Under the pieces are notes generated by a model that did no database searches, was not told the DNA's origin, and saw only the letters and a list, made by a program, of their open reading frames with translations. A stretch of 64,000 nt of DNA, from positions 124,001 through 188,000 of the forward strand of contig RSEE01000090.1 of assembly GCA_003971905.1 (NCBI GenBank), given 5' to 3'. Source of the stretch: Moniliella sp. 'wahieum' (Eukaryota). A program made the translations under genes and the position numbers. Each line of letters begins with the position of its first letter. Position 1 is the stretch's first letter. This document shows positions 24,501 to 36,941 of the stretch, one piece after another.

Positions 24501-26131
24501 TGTTGAAGTAACTGGGCCTGAGCCGCGTCGAGCTCGGAGCGGAGCGTGTCTCGCTCGTCGGCGCGCGCGAGTTCAGCCCCGAGCTGGCGCTGCAAGTCCT
24601 CCAGGGCGATCTGGTGCTCTTCAGCGCGCGTTTCGTGGTCCCGGTGCGCCGCGTCAAGGGCACGTTGGGCCTCCGAAAGCTCAGTGCCGAGTCTTTCTAC
24701 CTCCTGTGCCAGCATCGATTTCTCGTTCCGCACCTGGTCCAGGAGCGTGTTCATCTGGTCCCGGTCTTGGGTGACTTGGCCGAGGGAAGAAGTCAACCGT
24801 TCCACCTGCTCTGTGAGTGCGTGGTGGGCTTGTTCGGTCTGCTGCTTGTCGTTGGTAGCAAGAGCAAGAGTGTCACGCTGGGCATGAAGAGCTTCTTCGT
24901 GCTCGGCACGAAGGGAGACAAGGTACGAGGTATGCTCCTGTTCTGCCTGGTCAAACCTTTCCTGGAGCAGGCCGAGCTGTTTCTCCGTGTCGGCTTTGGC
25001 GGCACACATCGCCTCTACCTCCTCCGTTAGTGAGCGGAGGGGAAGCAGCTCCTGGTTTTCACGACGGAGCGACGCCAACTCCTCCTCCAACGTCTTCATC
25101 GCGCTTACATGCGCCGCGTGCTCGCCCTCCTTCTCGGCACACGTGCGCGCCAGGGTCTCAGCCGCGTCGGCATGAGCTGATTGGAGGATACGGTGTTCGT
25201 CCTGCAGCTGCGTAAGGGCGGACTGATGCTCTTCCTGGAGAGAAGCAAGAAGTGTTTCCCGCTCCTTGGACTGGGCCACCAGGTCAGCACGCTGCGCTTC
25301 GCTTTCCGCGGCCTGGGTTTGGGCCTGAGCAAGTGTCTGGGTAAGCTGGGTAAGCTGGGTCTGCAGATCAGTCTCCATCTTGTCCTGCTGAAGTAACGCA
25401 TCCCGTTCGGCCACCGCTGCATCCCGCTCGGAAGACAGGGCAGCGATCTGGGCCTGGAGCTCATCCCGCTCGACGCTCCATGTGTCGGTGGAGGGGTTCG
25501 ATTGTCGATCCGGCTGCGGCTCCAGCTTCGGTTTCGGCTCCGGGGGACATACTGGCCATGCTGGGCGTGGCAGGCAAGGTAGGTGTAGGCTCGGAGGATG
25601 GGGCCCTGGATGCAGACGGGATGCGGCTGCCCATGGCGGATCCGGGACGGGAAAGGCGGAAGCGGGGCGAGCGAGCTGGGAAGGCGGGCGGGCGAGTTGG
25701 GAAGGGGACCGTGCTGGGCGAGGATGGGCGGGGGCCCCAATCTTGGTTGGCGCCGCAAGCTTGGAGGCAGCCGAGGCGGCGGGAGTGGGCTTGGGCCTGG
25801 GGGCAGTAGGGGGCTGAAGGCCGGAGCGGCAAGGGCCGGGGAGGGCTTTCTGGTGGGATGGGCGTGTGGGCCCGAGGGAGGCGGGATGGCGGAGCGGGAA
25901 GAAGAGGAGCAGCCGACACGGCACTGACTCGGCGGGTGAGGCGGGTGGGCTCGAGGGCTGGCGAGGCGGCACGCTTTCGGTGCGGGGCACGGGCACGCCG
26001 CTTCGGACGGGGGGGGGCTTGCTGTTGCTGGTGGCGCCGAGGGCAGAGGGGCGCCGGGTGGGCTGCTCGGGCGGGTGGCTGTCGCTGGAGCGCATGGAGG
26101 TGCTGCGCGAGGGCGTCCCGAACGAGGTCAT
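21600..26131 (-). CDS. Very long coiled-coil protein (myosin-tail/golgin-like) with Pro/Ser-rich N-terminus
   Basis: E/Q/L/A-rich heptad sequence through ORFs 23729..26578, 23025..23732, 22258..23100, 22379..22774, 22091..22285 and 21600..22094; ATG MTSFGTPSR at 26131. Confidence 0.75.
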
Positions 26132-26415
26132 CGCCGCCGGGGGTGGTGGGTGGGGTGGGAGGGGGGTGGTGGTGGTAGCAGGGCGGAAACGGAGGATGGA
26201 TGGCGTTGCTACACTTGTGTTGGTGTCTCCGACACGTGCCATCAGAGACGCCGGCGCATCACGTGACGCATGCGGGTGCGCGCCTTGCACGCGGTGATGA
26301 GGGTGTGATGCAACGCCCATCCATCGCCGGCGATCGCAGCCGGGCGGCAATCGGCCCAGGCCACCACCAGCCCCTCCCGCCCCACCACGTTTGCGTCCCG
26401 CGCGCCGCTGTGTCC

Positions 26416-28745
26416 ATGCCGCCCCCGCGCCTCGACCCGCCCGGCACCGCCTCCCGCCCCGCCGCGGAAGAGCAGCCGCCGCTCGCCCCCCGCCCCCCAC
26501 CCCTCCCCCCCCCCTCCCACCGCCGAGCCGCTGGTTCAGCGCCTTTCCCTCGACCCTCCTGGGCCGCCCGCCACACACATGCCCCCCCCGTCACCCGCCG
26601 ACCAGAGCGTCTCGGCAGCCGACGACTCGCTCTTGGCGCAGCCAGCGTATCAGCCCTCCCCTTCTCACCGCGCGACATCATCCCCAAGGACACTGCCCCT
26701 GCACAACATCCGCCGCTGCAAGGAAACACGGGCAAGGGCCAGCAGATGGAGATGGAAAGGGGGGTGGAGATGGAGATGAAGATGGAGGGACAAGCAGAAG
26801 GGGGTGGGGATGCAGATGGAGATGGAGGTGGTGCGCTCCCACCCCCACCCATCGATAAGGACCCTAGCTCACCGGATCCGAGTGCGCTCCCCCCCGTCCC
26901 GGCGGATCGGTCGACCACGTCGGTCTCCCCTATTCGGCGACCGATTGCTCAGCCCCCTCCTGCCCACCTCGAGCATGTGCACAGCGACACACGTGCGCCC
27001 GAGGTGCCATTCGACTTCAACAGTTTCTCGAGCAGATGAAACTGCGCAGCGCAGTGCCTGTGGGAGAATATGTGCGAAGGTGCGTCCTGCTCAGCGCACT
27101 GGACCCAGGTGCAAGGGAATGGGAATGCGAATGCGAATGCGAATACTTACTAACTTTGCACTCGCCCCAATAGCTTTATCCGCAACTTTGCCCGTCGTCC
27201 CCACACGCGTCCGAGCCAGGTACAGTTGGTCATGGATTTTCTCAAGTTCATCACCGACCTGATGACCCGCACCTTGCCCTGGAGCGAGCAGACGGCCAGT
27301 GAGTTTGACAATGCCAAGGAGGCCATGGAGAAACTAGTAATGAGCCGGCTGTACAACTATACCTTTTCCCCTGCTGTCGCCGCCGCAGGCAAATGGCCCA
27401 TCCAAACGGACGACTTGGAACGGGACGCGGTCCTGGATCAAAAAGTTGCCTTGTTTGCTTGGGTGGAAGAACGCCATTTGGACCTGCCGACGATGGGCGC
27501 TTCGGGTGGGTTCCTCGAATTTGCCATCAAGGAACTGCTCAAGATCAACCACTACAAAGCACCCCGCGACAAGCTCATCTGTATCCTCAACGTGTGCAAG
27601 GTGATCTTTGGCTTGATCCGGCACCTCAAGGAAGACGCCAGCGCCGACACCTTTTGCCGTTACTGGTACTGGTGGTGTTGCGAGCCAAGTGCCCGCATCT
27701 GGTAAGCAACGTAGAGTACATCACCAACTTTCGCAGTCCCGAACGGCTCAACTCGGAAGCCGGGTACTACCTCACCTCGCTCCAGGGCGCGATCACGTTC
27801 ATTGAGCAAATGGACTTTGCCTCCCTCTCCCACCTCTCCTCGGATGAGTTTGAAGAAAACGTGGAGCAAGCTGCGATTCATATGGCTGCCGAGGCAGAGC
27901 GCAAACGCCCTCCCCGTGCTACCAAAGAATTTGGGCTGCTAGAAATGGCCGGGTCGGGGGTGCAATCGCTCAAAGAAGTATTTGCTGGTCCTAGCGACAC
28001 ACGAGCCGCTCCGCCTTCCACTGCCACCCCATCCGCCCCGGGCACTGCCCCAGCTAGCCCTGCAGCCACAGACTGCCCAGTCCGGAACCGAACACGAGGC
28101 AGGGGACGTTCCCGCAGCGGGGCCCAGTGGCGGGTTTGGGGCACTGACCGCGCCCTTGGCCACCGCCTCCCTTGCGGAGGACACGCGTCAATTTTTGCAG
28201 CGTACGGGCGAAGCGGCCAAGATGGGGATTGGTCGTCCGATTGGAGCATTGAACAAGCTGTGGGCTGAGGCGACAGCAGTCGAGCCTACGGTCGTTCCTG
28301 CTCCTCCTGCCCCGGCTTCTTCCTCTGAGCTGGAGTCCCAGCTAGCGGGGCGAGTGGGGGAGAAAGGGAGTCCGGCACGTAGTGGGGAAGAGAGGTTGCC
28401 GCCCATGCCCTCTCCTTCTCCGCAGCTTCCGCACCCTCCTCAGCCGCAACGCAATCGCCTCTTGTCGCTCTTCTCCGAGGGGCCTACCGCGTCCGAACCG
28501 GTTTCACCCCGGGGCGAGCCTTCCTTTGCGCCTGACGCGGCGGGCCAGCGACTAGTCTGCAGTTGCCGCTGTCGCCGCGGGGGGAGGTGCCGAATCCCTG
28601 GGCGCAGGACCAGCAGCACCAAGCCAAGCTCGAGACGCTGACGATCATGTTCCCGAATATGGAGCGGAGCGTGTGTCAGCTGATGCTGGAGGCGTGTGCG
28701 GGCAACTTGGAGGACACGATTGACAAGTTGCTCGCGATGGGCTAG
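26416..28745 (+). CDS. VPS9: Vps9-domain Rab5 GEF with C-terminal CUE domain
   Basis: EFDNAKEAMEKLVMSRLY, ELLKINHYKAPRDKLICILNVCKVIFGLI, SADTF, LVSNVEYITNFR, EAGYYLTSLQGAITFIE; CUE motif LTIMFPNMERSV..IDKLLAM; intron near 27080-27172. Confidence 0.93.
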
Positions 28746-29091
28746 GGAGCATGCGGGGCGGAGCGAGCTACGACGAACGACGAAGGCCCCGCCCGGCGGC
28801 CGAGGGGAGCCAGGCGGGAGGATACCCGGCGCGGCGATGCCGATCCCATGCAATGCCATGGCGCCCTCCAGAGCAGCAGACGCAGAACCCGATGCGGCGT
28901 AGCTCCACCGACAGACAGAGCCACGCGGAGAATAGACGATCGAGTTGAAACTTTGCTTGTGCGTGCCTGGGCGGCCTTCCAGTAGGGTTGCTGCCCACTG
29001 CTCTAGGGTTGCCGTGGGTTGATCTCGCCAGGCCTGGTTGACTAGTGACTCCGCCCCCTCACCCCCTCCACACGCACCGCCAACGCCCACC

Positions 29092-29990
29092 ATGGCCTCC
29101 AATCTGCCCGCTGTCAAGGCGCCCGTTCAGGCGTGTCTCTTTGATGTCCGTCCCTCCCCCGCTTGCTGGCCCGCGCCGAGGCTGACCCAGCACGCAGATG
29201 GATGGGCTGCTGCTCAATTCCGAGGACGCCTACACGGTGGTGGTGAACAAGTTGCTGCGTCCGTATGGGAAGGAACAAACGTGGGAGATCAAAGCCAAGC
29301 TGATGGGTACCCCCGACGCGTGGCTGTGACCATTCTCTTGCGCATCTCTGGCCGCCTCGCGAGGGGAAAGAAGAAGCGTTCGACCAGGATGCGTGCCCGT
29401 TTACGATTGACAGTTTCCTAGCCCAACGCGCGGTGTTGATCCAAGAAGAGTTCCACAACGTCCGTCCGCTCCCTGGGTGATCAAGTTGATTTCCCACCTC
29501 AAGGCCAGTGGGGTGCCCATTGCGATTGCCACGTCCAGCCAGCGCAAAGCGTTCGAGATCAAAAAGGCGGCCAATGCGCAACTGTTTGAGCTGTTTGGCA
29601 CGCATTATACGGGGGACGATGCACGTGTGGAGCGCGGCAAGCCCAACCCGGACATTTTCCTCGTTGCTGCACGCGAAGCGCTGGGCTCTACCCCGGCTGA
29701 AGTAGCAGAGTGGGAAGCGCGCGTACGCCAGCCCGGTGCGCAGTACGACGGTACCCTCCTTGGTGGGGAGAAGGAGCTGCTGGTCTTTGAGGATGGCCGA
29801 CCGGGCGTGACGGCGGCCCGGAGGGCTGGAATGAAAGTGGTGTGGATCCCAGATGCAGAGCTGCTTAAGATCCCCATGACCGTCTGCCCGGCTCGCCCGA
29901 TTCCGACCGGATGCGCCCCACCAAACTCTCACCTCCATGCTCGACTTTAAACCAGAGGAGTGGGGGTTGCCTCCTTACCCGCAAGCCTGA
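29092..29990 (+). CDS. HAD-superfamily hydrolase, pseudouridine-5'-phosphatase (HDHD1/GS1-like)
   Basis: Motif I ACLFD|MDGLLLNSE across intron 29146-29197; IAIATSS, GKPNPDIFLVAA, LVFEDGRPGVTAARRAGMKVVW, FKPEEWGLPPY. Confidence 0.88.
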
Positions 29991-30301
29991 GCGCAGCTTT
30001 GTTGTGGGGATGCGATGCTACGGTTACCTAATTTAACCCCCAAAATGATCCCCTCTCCTTCAGTCTCTTTGAGTGGGATACCGCCCCTAGTGGGTTCGAC
30101 CGAGGTAGGATCAACAGGCCAAGGTGGAGAGATTCATGAGGGCGGGGCGATGCCTTTCCACTCCAGACTACTACAGTGGCTAGAGAGCAAAGGGGACGGA
30201 ACGGAGGGATAAATTTACACATCAAATCTCAGAGGCGTTCGTTATACATATGTGGACTCTTTGAAAGAGTATGAGAGAGGGGGAGAGGAACGAGATCGAG
30301 A

Positions 30302-32280
30302 TCAAACCTTCTTGATCTCATCCTCCTTCTTGTCGTCGCTTGGCTCGCCGGCCAAGTGGATTTGAGGTGCAGCCGAGTACTGCAAAGCAGGTTCTTGGGC
30401 TTGAATGTCATCATCGCGAGTAATCACGCCCCAATCGGTGTGGAAGTCTGTCTTCCATCGTCCTATAAGGGAAGTCTTCATCTGCGATCTTGTTTTCCTC
30501 CTCAACCGACACCTCCTTAAAGGGACGGTTGTGTTTCCAGCCAATCTTGTACCACGGGCCGGCAAACAGGTGGTGCATCTCTTCCAAGCTCCAGCCCGCC
30601 GATTCGGGCAAAAAGAACCAGGCCAAGAACAGGCATACGCAACTCTCCATCGACCAAAACAGGAACAACCCCCATGCGCCCATCGAAGCAATCATCGGAT
30701 TGACGGCGCGCGAACTGCCAAATTGACAGACAAAGTGCACCGCCATCGACATCATCGTGCCAGACTACGCACGGTGACACCAAGGTACTCGGGACCGAGC
30801 TGGTACCTGTAGGGGAAAAAAAAGAAGAACCCGCTCTCGTCAGAACAAAACCGTTCTCCTTTGCCTTTGCCTGTCACACACAACTCCCAGCAAATAAACA
30901 GAAGGGAAGAGACAGATTGTATACGTACTGGATCGAGTTGATGCCGCCTGCCCAGGAAGCTCCCCCGACGAACAGGGCCACAATGGCAGCAACACCACCG
31001 TGCCGCTTGGAAGCCGATTCATCATCTGTGCCCGACGAGACGCGGAGGTAAATGGCAATGTAGAGCATGGCCGAGGCTTGGCACACAATCCCAGTCATCG
31101 CCACCGCTTTGCGTCCGTACCGGTCCAAGAAGAAGAGGGGCGAGGCAAGGGCAAACACGAGTTTGACAGCCCCCAAGACCACGGTGGTGGAAGGGTTAAT
31201 CTTGTTGGTACTGGGTTTGCCCGAGACCATCTGGAACAACTGCGGTGCGTAAACGGAAATGCTGCCGGCGCCACTGAATTGGCCCCATACTTGGGCGCCG
31301 ATGGTGCAGCAGATAATGTAAATGTTCTCCGAGGACTGGAAGAGGGCAAGAATGGAGTGGTACCAGCGCCAGTGAGCTCCCCGTGCCTCTTCTTCCACCC
31401 GGATCGATTCCAGAATGGCTTCCCATTCGTTGCGGAGATACGGATGTTCGGGACGAAGTTGACGGAGCTTGAGCATGTTGGCGTACGCTTCCTCCTCACG
31501 GTGTTTCTTAGCAAGCCAACGGGGGCTGGGTAAGGCAAACCAACACATGGACAGTAGACAGACAGAAGAAGGACGAGAACGAGTTAGTAGCGTGTCTCCC
31601 ATTTTCAAACCCCCACATCCAATTAACGCGACTGTTACTCCGTACCTTTCCACAATAAAGAAGGTGGCCAAGAAGAACAAGCCACCACAAATGACGTTGA
31701 GGCTGGTGGGGATCAGGTACTGGTTGCGCGAATCATCGCTAATATGGCGCTGGACGCCTAAGTTGGCACAGTAGCCAAGGAAGGTGCCGAGGTACACATT
31801 GCCCGAGAAGACCGACGCCAATCAAACTGCCACGGAGGCTTTTGGGAGCCACTTCAGCGAGGTAAGTTGGTCCACAGACCGCGGTGCCGACACCAATACC
31901 AGTGATGAACCGACCAGCATACAGTTGACCCAGCCGACCTGGACTAGCCATCCATGACGGCGCCCAAGACCCAGAAGAAGCAGGTGATCTGGCAACTCCG
32001 TACACGGCCTAGTCGATCGCTCGTGTACCAACCCAGCAGCGACCCGGCCACGCATCCAATCTGAACCATGGAGGTCACGTTGCTCTGCGCGTCCGATTTG
32101 GGCTCCACTCCATAGTCACGGATAAAGGACGGCATCAGCACCTGCGACGAGATCACACCTTCGTCCAGCCCGCGCCAGGCCGAGCAGACCAAATGTCAAG
32201 GCGGAAAAGAGGTAGTGGCGGTTAAAGGCCTCGCTGGGCACTACCCGCCAGGCAGCCGCTTGCGGCAACTCAAACTTCAT
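30302..32280 (-). CDS. MFS sugar-porter family transporter, quinate permease-like
   Basis: PSEAFN..GLDEGVIS, SDRLGRVR, LYAGRFITGIGVG, YLAEVAPKSLRG, SPRWL, GQFSGAGSISVYAPQLF, DRYGRK, FFLPESAGWSLEEM; two introns and frameshifts. Confidence 0.88.
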
Positions 32281-34477
32281 CACGGAAAGTCGGAGGCAGG
32301 TTAGACGAAAAGGGGTGGAGAACAGCGAAAAGGTTGGGAGGTGTTGGCTGAGAGAAAGAGGGGATGTGGGAGGGGGGCTGGCGAGGGGCGACGGCGGGCC
32401 TAGAGTGACAGAGAGGGAGGAAAGGTGGGTGGGGGGTATAAAGAGGGGATGCGGGGCGAAGGGAGGGGGGCTCTTTTATTGAAGGGCACAGGCATGCATA
32501 CCCCCCCCCCCCACACTGCTGGCCCATATGTGATCATGCATCAGAAGGCACAGGGATGGCCAGCTTGAGGATACTATGACCATCATGCATCAAGCTTCAA
32601 GGGCCATATACTGCCTCCAAGCGATCGCTTGTGCCCTGGTGCTCTCGCAACTGCGTTGGGAGCATAATGCATGATGTGGGGGATGGACATAACGATGTGC
32701 ATGATGTGTGACATGTGAAGCTTGAAGAGGTTGAAGGGTGTGCCTCGCAAAACGATAGCCAAGAGTTTTTGTTGGACAACTGAGACTCGCAGTGGGGCGA
32801 GTGTGGAGAAAGGCTTGCTCGTTTGCGACATGTATGCACCTGCAGGCACAGTGTTGCGCGATTAATATTCGTATTAGGATGGTGCGGTCACTATACCCAC
32901 CCGTCCGCAATAATAGTGACTTGGAGTGACCAGTGACTAGTGAATTAGTGACGAGAGGGTAGTGTGGCACCGATGGCCTAAGCTCGGCTCCCTCCCTCAG
33001 GTGTCTTCCGTCAAATATTGCTTCCTGGAGGGCACGAATATCTTCTCGCCTCTCTGTAGCTCATTCATCATGCATCATGCATCATGTGCAAAGCCTTACA
33101 CCATCAACTGCCTACTCCCGGGTCTTTTATCGAAGCACAGTGGGCGGGCGGCCACGTCCCCGGTTCAGTATCTTAGTCCGTACTCAGTCTGAGGAGCGCG
33201 AGAGGCTGTCAGTCACTATTATTAGACAGTAGCCACTAGCCGGTATAGTCACTGACGGCACTGACGATCGTCACGCTCTGGCCCACACAGCCGACCGAGA
33301 AAGGAGGCGCGAGCGCGGCAGGGGAGAGAGCTGTGTGACATGTGAAGCATGAAGCTAGCTTGAAGAGCGATTGTCGATTGCAGCAGACCAACGGTGGGAC
33401 ACGGCGGGGAGATGCCGAATTGGATACGGCCTACATGGGTTGCATCAGTACACGGAGTACTGAGTACTGAGATTTGATGGAGTGTAGCCTGAGGCTCCTG
33501 AGGACTGAGGGCCTGAGCATGGTCATCACCGGAGATTTAGGGCATAATTGCCATCGCACAGCTCCCACAGGTTTTGTGCCTTTCCTCGTACGCGATCGGC
33601 TTGGGAGCAGAGGTGGGGATATCTGGGCTAGGATCGCTGAGATCTTCCGATATCTGAGATGGATGAGAACTACGTATCTCACTGGATGTAACACGGACCA
33701 GACGAGGTACAACACCCAGGACACGGTGGCGGGGCCAGGGTTTTACCCCCACACCCCACAAGTCTCAGCGGATCAACGCACGCTTCGGGCGACGGGACTA
33801 TGCCCGGGTATAAGTTCACCCGGTCGGTCTCGCCCTCGGCTTCTTTGAGGAGTTTAGGCCGCCTGTGGCCTGGTGCTCTGAGGGCGGGCGGACCCCAACG
33901 TCTCAACAGACAAAAGATGCACTGCCCTCCTGCCCTCGAGCAGCATCAGCGCACGTCCACTGGTTACGCCCGGTTACGTGCCATGCATCGTGCATAGTTG
34001 CCTGCAACACGCACCCCGCATTTGTGTGTGTGTGACGCGTGTGACGCGTGACGCGGGGCGTGTGGGGAAGGCGAGGCTGGCGAGGCCCCTACGAAGGGAG
34101 GTACTGGGTCGATGCGTGATGCATGATGCATGTCCTCTTCCAACGGCCCCGTTCCACCTAAGCATTTTGGCCCGCCATGCACCGGCCGCCCGAACCACCC
34201 AAGACCAAGACATACTTCAATGCGTTCTGCGCGCCGGGTCGAGGGCCGAGGCCGAGGCCAGTGTGGAGGTGCCGAGGGCGATAGGAAGGTCGAGGCCAGA
34301 CCCCGCCTACGGGCATGGCTAGTTCCTCGGGATATCCCGGGCGTCATCGATGCGTCATCGACCTCATCGACCACATAAATCATCGATTTTCGTCGTGAAC
34401 GGCCACCCGGACACGGCGCCCCGCCATGCGACTGCCATGCATCTCATCGACATCCCATCTCTCAGGGACACAAAACA

Positions 34478-34533
34478 TGATCGATGATCGATGATCAGCG
34501 ATCGATCAGCGTCACGCGTCACGCGTCAGCGCT
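34478..34533. repeat. Mixed period-7 palindrome array (ATCGAT, ACGCGT, AGCGCT units)
   Basis: TGATCGA TGATCGA TGATCA..TCACGCG TCACGCG TCAGCGC T. Confidence 0.8.
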
Positions 34534-36941
34534 AGTAACTGGCAACTCGCACCCGGCGCTTAACGCCGCCGCCGGCTCTGAGCTGTCGCAAGCGCGGGGG
34601 GAGGAACGAATGAGACCGCGCTCCGGCAGGTTTGCCGCCGCGAGCCAAGTGGACCAAAGTGCGGGGGGCGATATGGACATGGTGGGACAGCTGGGGGGGG
34701 ATGTAGAGCCACAAGAAGAGTATGGACCCCACGGCGCGTGGCGACTCTGGCAGACCACACTGAGATGGCGCCTACTTGGATGGACATGCAGGCACGATGG
34801 CACGAACGCCATGGGGCGCGTGTTGGCTGAAATACGAACGCAAAGCAAGCGCGAGAACGCCACTGCACAACGAGCTGTGCTCGACCAACACCTCAGGTCC
34901 TCATCGATCTTCAGGCTCAGGCCTCGGCCCCACTAGCCACTAGTCACTAGCACTGGCCTCTTCACTTGCTTCGCTAGCTTCGCACTGAATGTACTGAACC
35001 TTGAAAAGATCTCAAAAAGCTACATAGTCGCACCCTATGCATTTTCGGCCAACACGACGGATATGTGGGCTCTGTAATTCGGCTCGATTGCATTTTGAGC
35101 GGTTCATCTCTCCTGTCGACTCCCCCACCGGTCACCGGCCTCGAGGATGACCGGCTCACGGTGAGGCCCCCAGGGATCCCTGGCGACCCACAGCGCCACA
35201 TTGCGTACAAAACTCCCACACCTGTTGTGCCTCCGGGGGTTCCGATCCCACCGGCTCGCCGGCGGCGGCGCCGACTGCCTCGCCCGTCATCCGGGGGATC
35301 ACAGTCACATGCATGTCACACGCCATCGACATCGGGCTCACCAGTCCTAGTCACCGGCCTCAGGGGCCTCACTTGTCGCCCAACAGCTTTTAGGTTCATG
35401 CGTCACGTTCCCACATCTCACATGCATCACAGGCCCTCTTCCAGCTCTTCCTGCCCCAAAGCCTAACCCTCAGATCTCAGAACCACGAGACGGGGGGGCG
35501 AATCGCGGGGGGGGGCGAATCGCGGGGGAGCCATCTCTAAGACCAAAGTTATCACACCCTCAGAGGCCTCGTTAATCATTATCATATCGCCGACGATGGT
35601 CAGTGCCTCAGGCCTGAGCTTCAGGCCTCTCAGGGATCTCAGGCCTTGACAATGGGTGAATGACGACCTCTTCCGACGGATATAGGCCGATGCACCAAAA
35701 ACAACGTCATTATGATGAGTGGGGGGTCGCGGCAGTGCAGTCGCGGCAACACACCAACGCATCTATATCTTGGACCATGTATGTCGATGAGATTGAGAGC
35801 CGACGGGAACTGCCAACTCCAGTGGAGTGGTGAGCCTCACCGGTCACCAGCCTGAGTTCTCTGACAGCTGATGTCAGAAGTTCAACAGCCTTACTCTCTC
35901 TGTGGTGTGGGGGACACGTAACGCGAAAGGGTTCTTGTAGTCCCCGCCGAGATGAGAAGAGGATAGGGGAATCAAAAAAATACGTTGATGATCGATGACG
36001 AAAGATGAGAGCGAGATCGAGGATTATCACTAAACCCGCATATCAAACTAAAGAAGAAGTACATATCTCTTCTATGCCTCTGAATTGACCAATAAAAACT
36101 TGCCTCCACCTCTTCTCCATCTCTTTGGGGTAATCGGAAAACAAGAAACCTGTGTGTTATATACTGAAAGCCCCGCTGTACTATCTGTCGACCTGAGTGG
36201 GTTGAAGGGAGAGCATCGCAGTGCCGTCGTGTCCAAAATGGCATTTTACGCGTCTCGATGACACGCACAATGCGGCATGGGGCATGGGGGAGGGGCTAGG
36301 CGACTATAGTACAGTATAGTGACCTAGTGATTAGTCAAAAGTCAAAAGACTGGGAGAGCCGGGCCAAAGCATATGCACAGTCTCTAGTCTCTGTCACTAG
36401 TCACTTGACTAGTCGGGCCCATTATAGTCAGGTATTGTCCTCCCTTTTATCTTAGCAATACCAGAGTGCTGCGGTTTTTCGCTTTCTGCCGACTGATACC
36501 GAGCATATTGCCCTTCTGAAATGCCGTTATACATAGACGGCTTTACCACAATTACCGTAAACGCGTAAGGCTAAGGTTGCCCTAACTCCGCCTATGAGAT
36601 AGGGCCCCTCTGAGCAAAACCTTGGCGTTCGGTCTTGTCTATACTACCCCCTGAATTCAGATTACGAATCTGACGATCTGATCCTTCTTCTCAAAACTGA
36701 GTTCGACCAATAAGTACTGAGTAATGATTACCTATAATAAACTCCTGCTCGGTACGGATTCCGTCCCACCATAGCAACCTGCCCACTCTTCCCATGCGGG
36801 TCAATAAACCCTAAGGATAGATGCAGCGTTCCTACGATCAACGAAAGCAACTGAAGCACCGCCTCCCCCTATGCATCTTTACCTCAATCTATATCTCTAC
36901 TAAGTACTACAAGCACAAACAAGACAAAACGGACGTTAACA

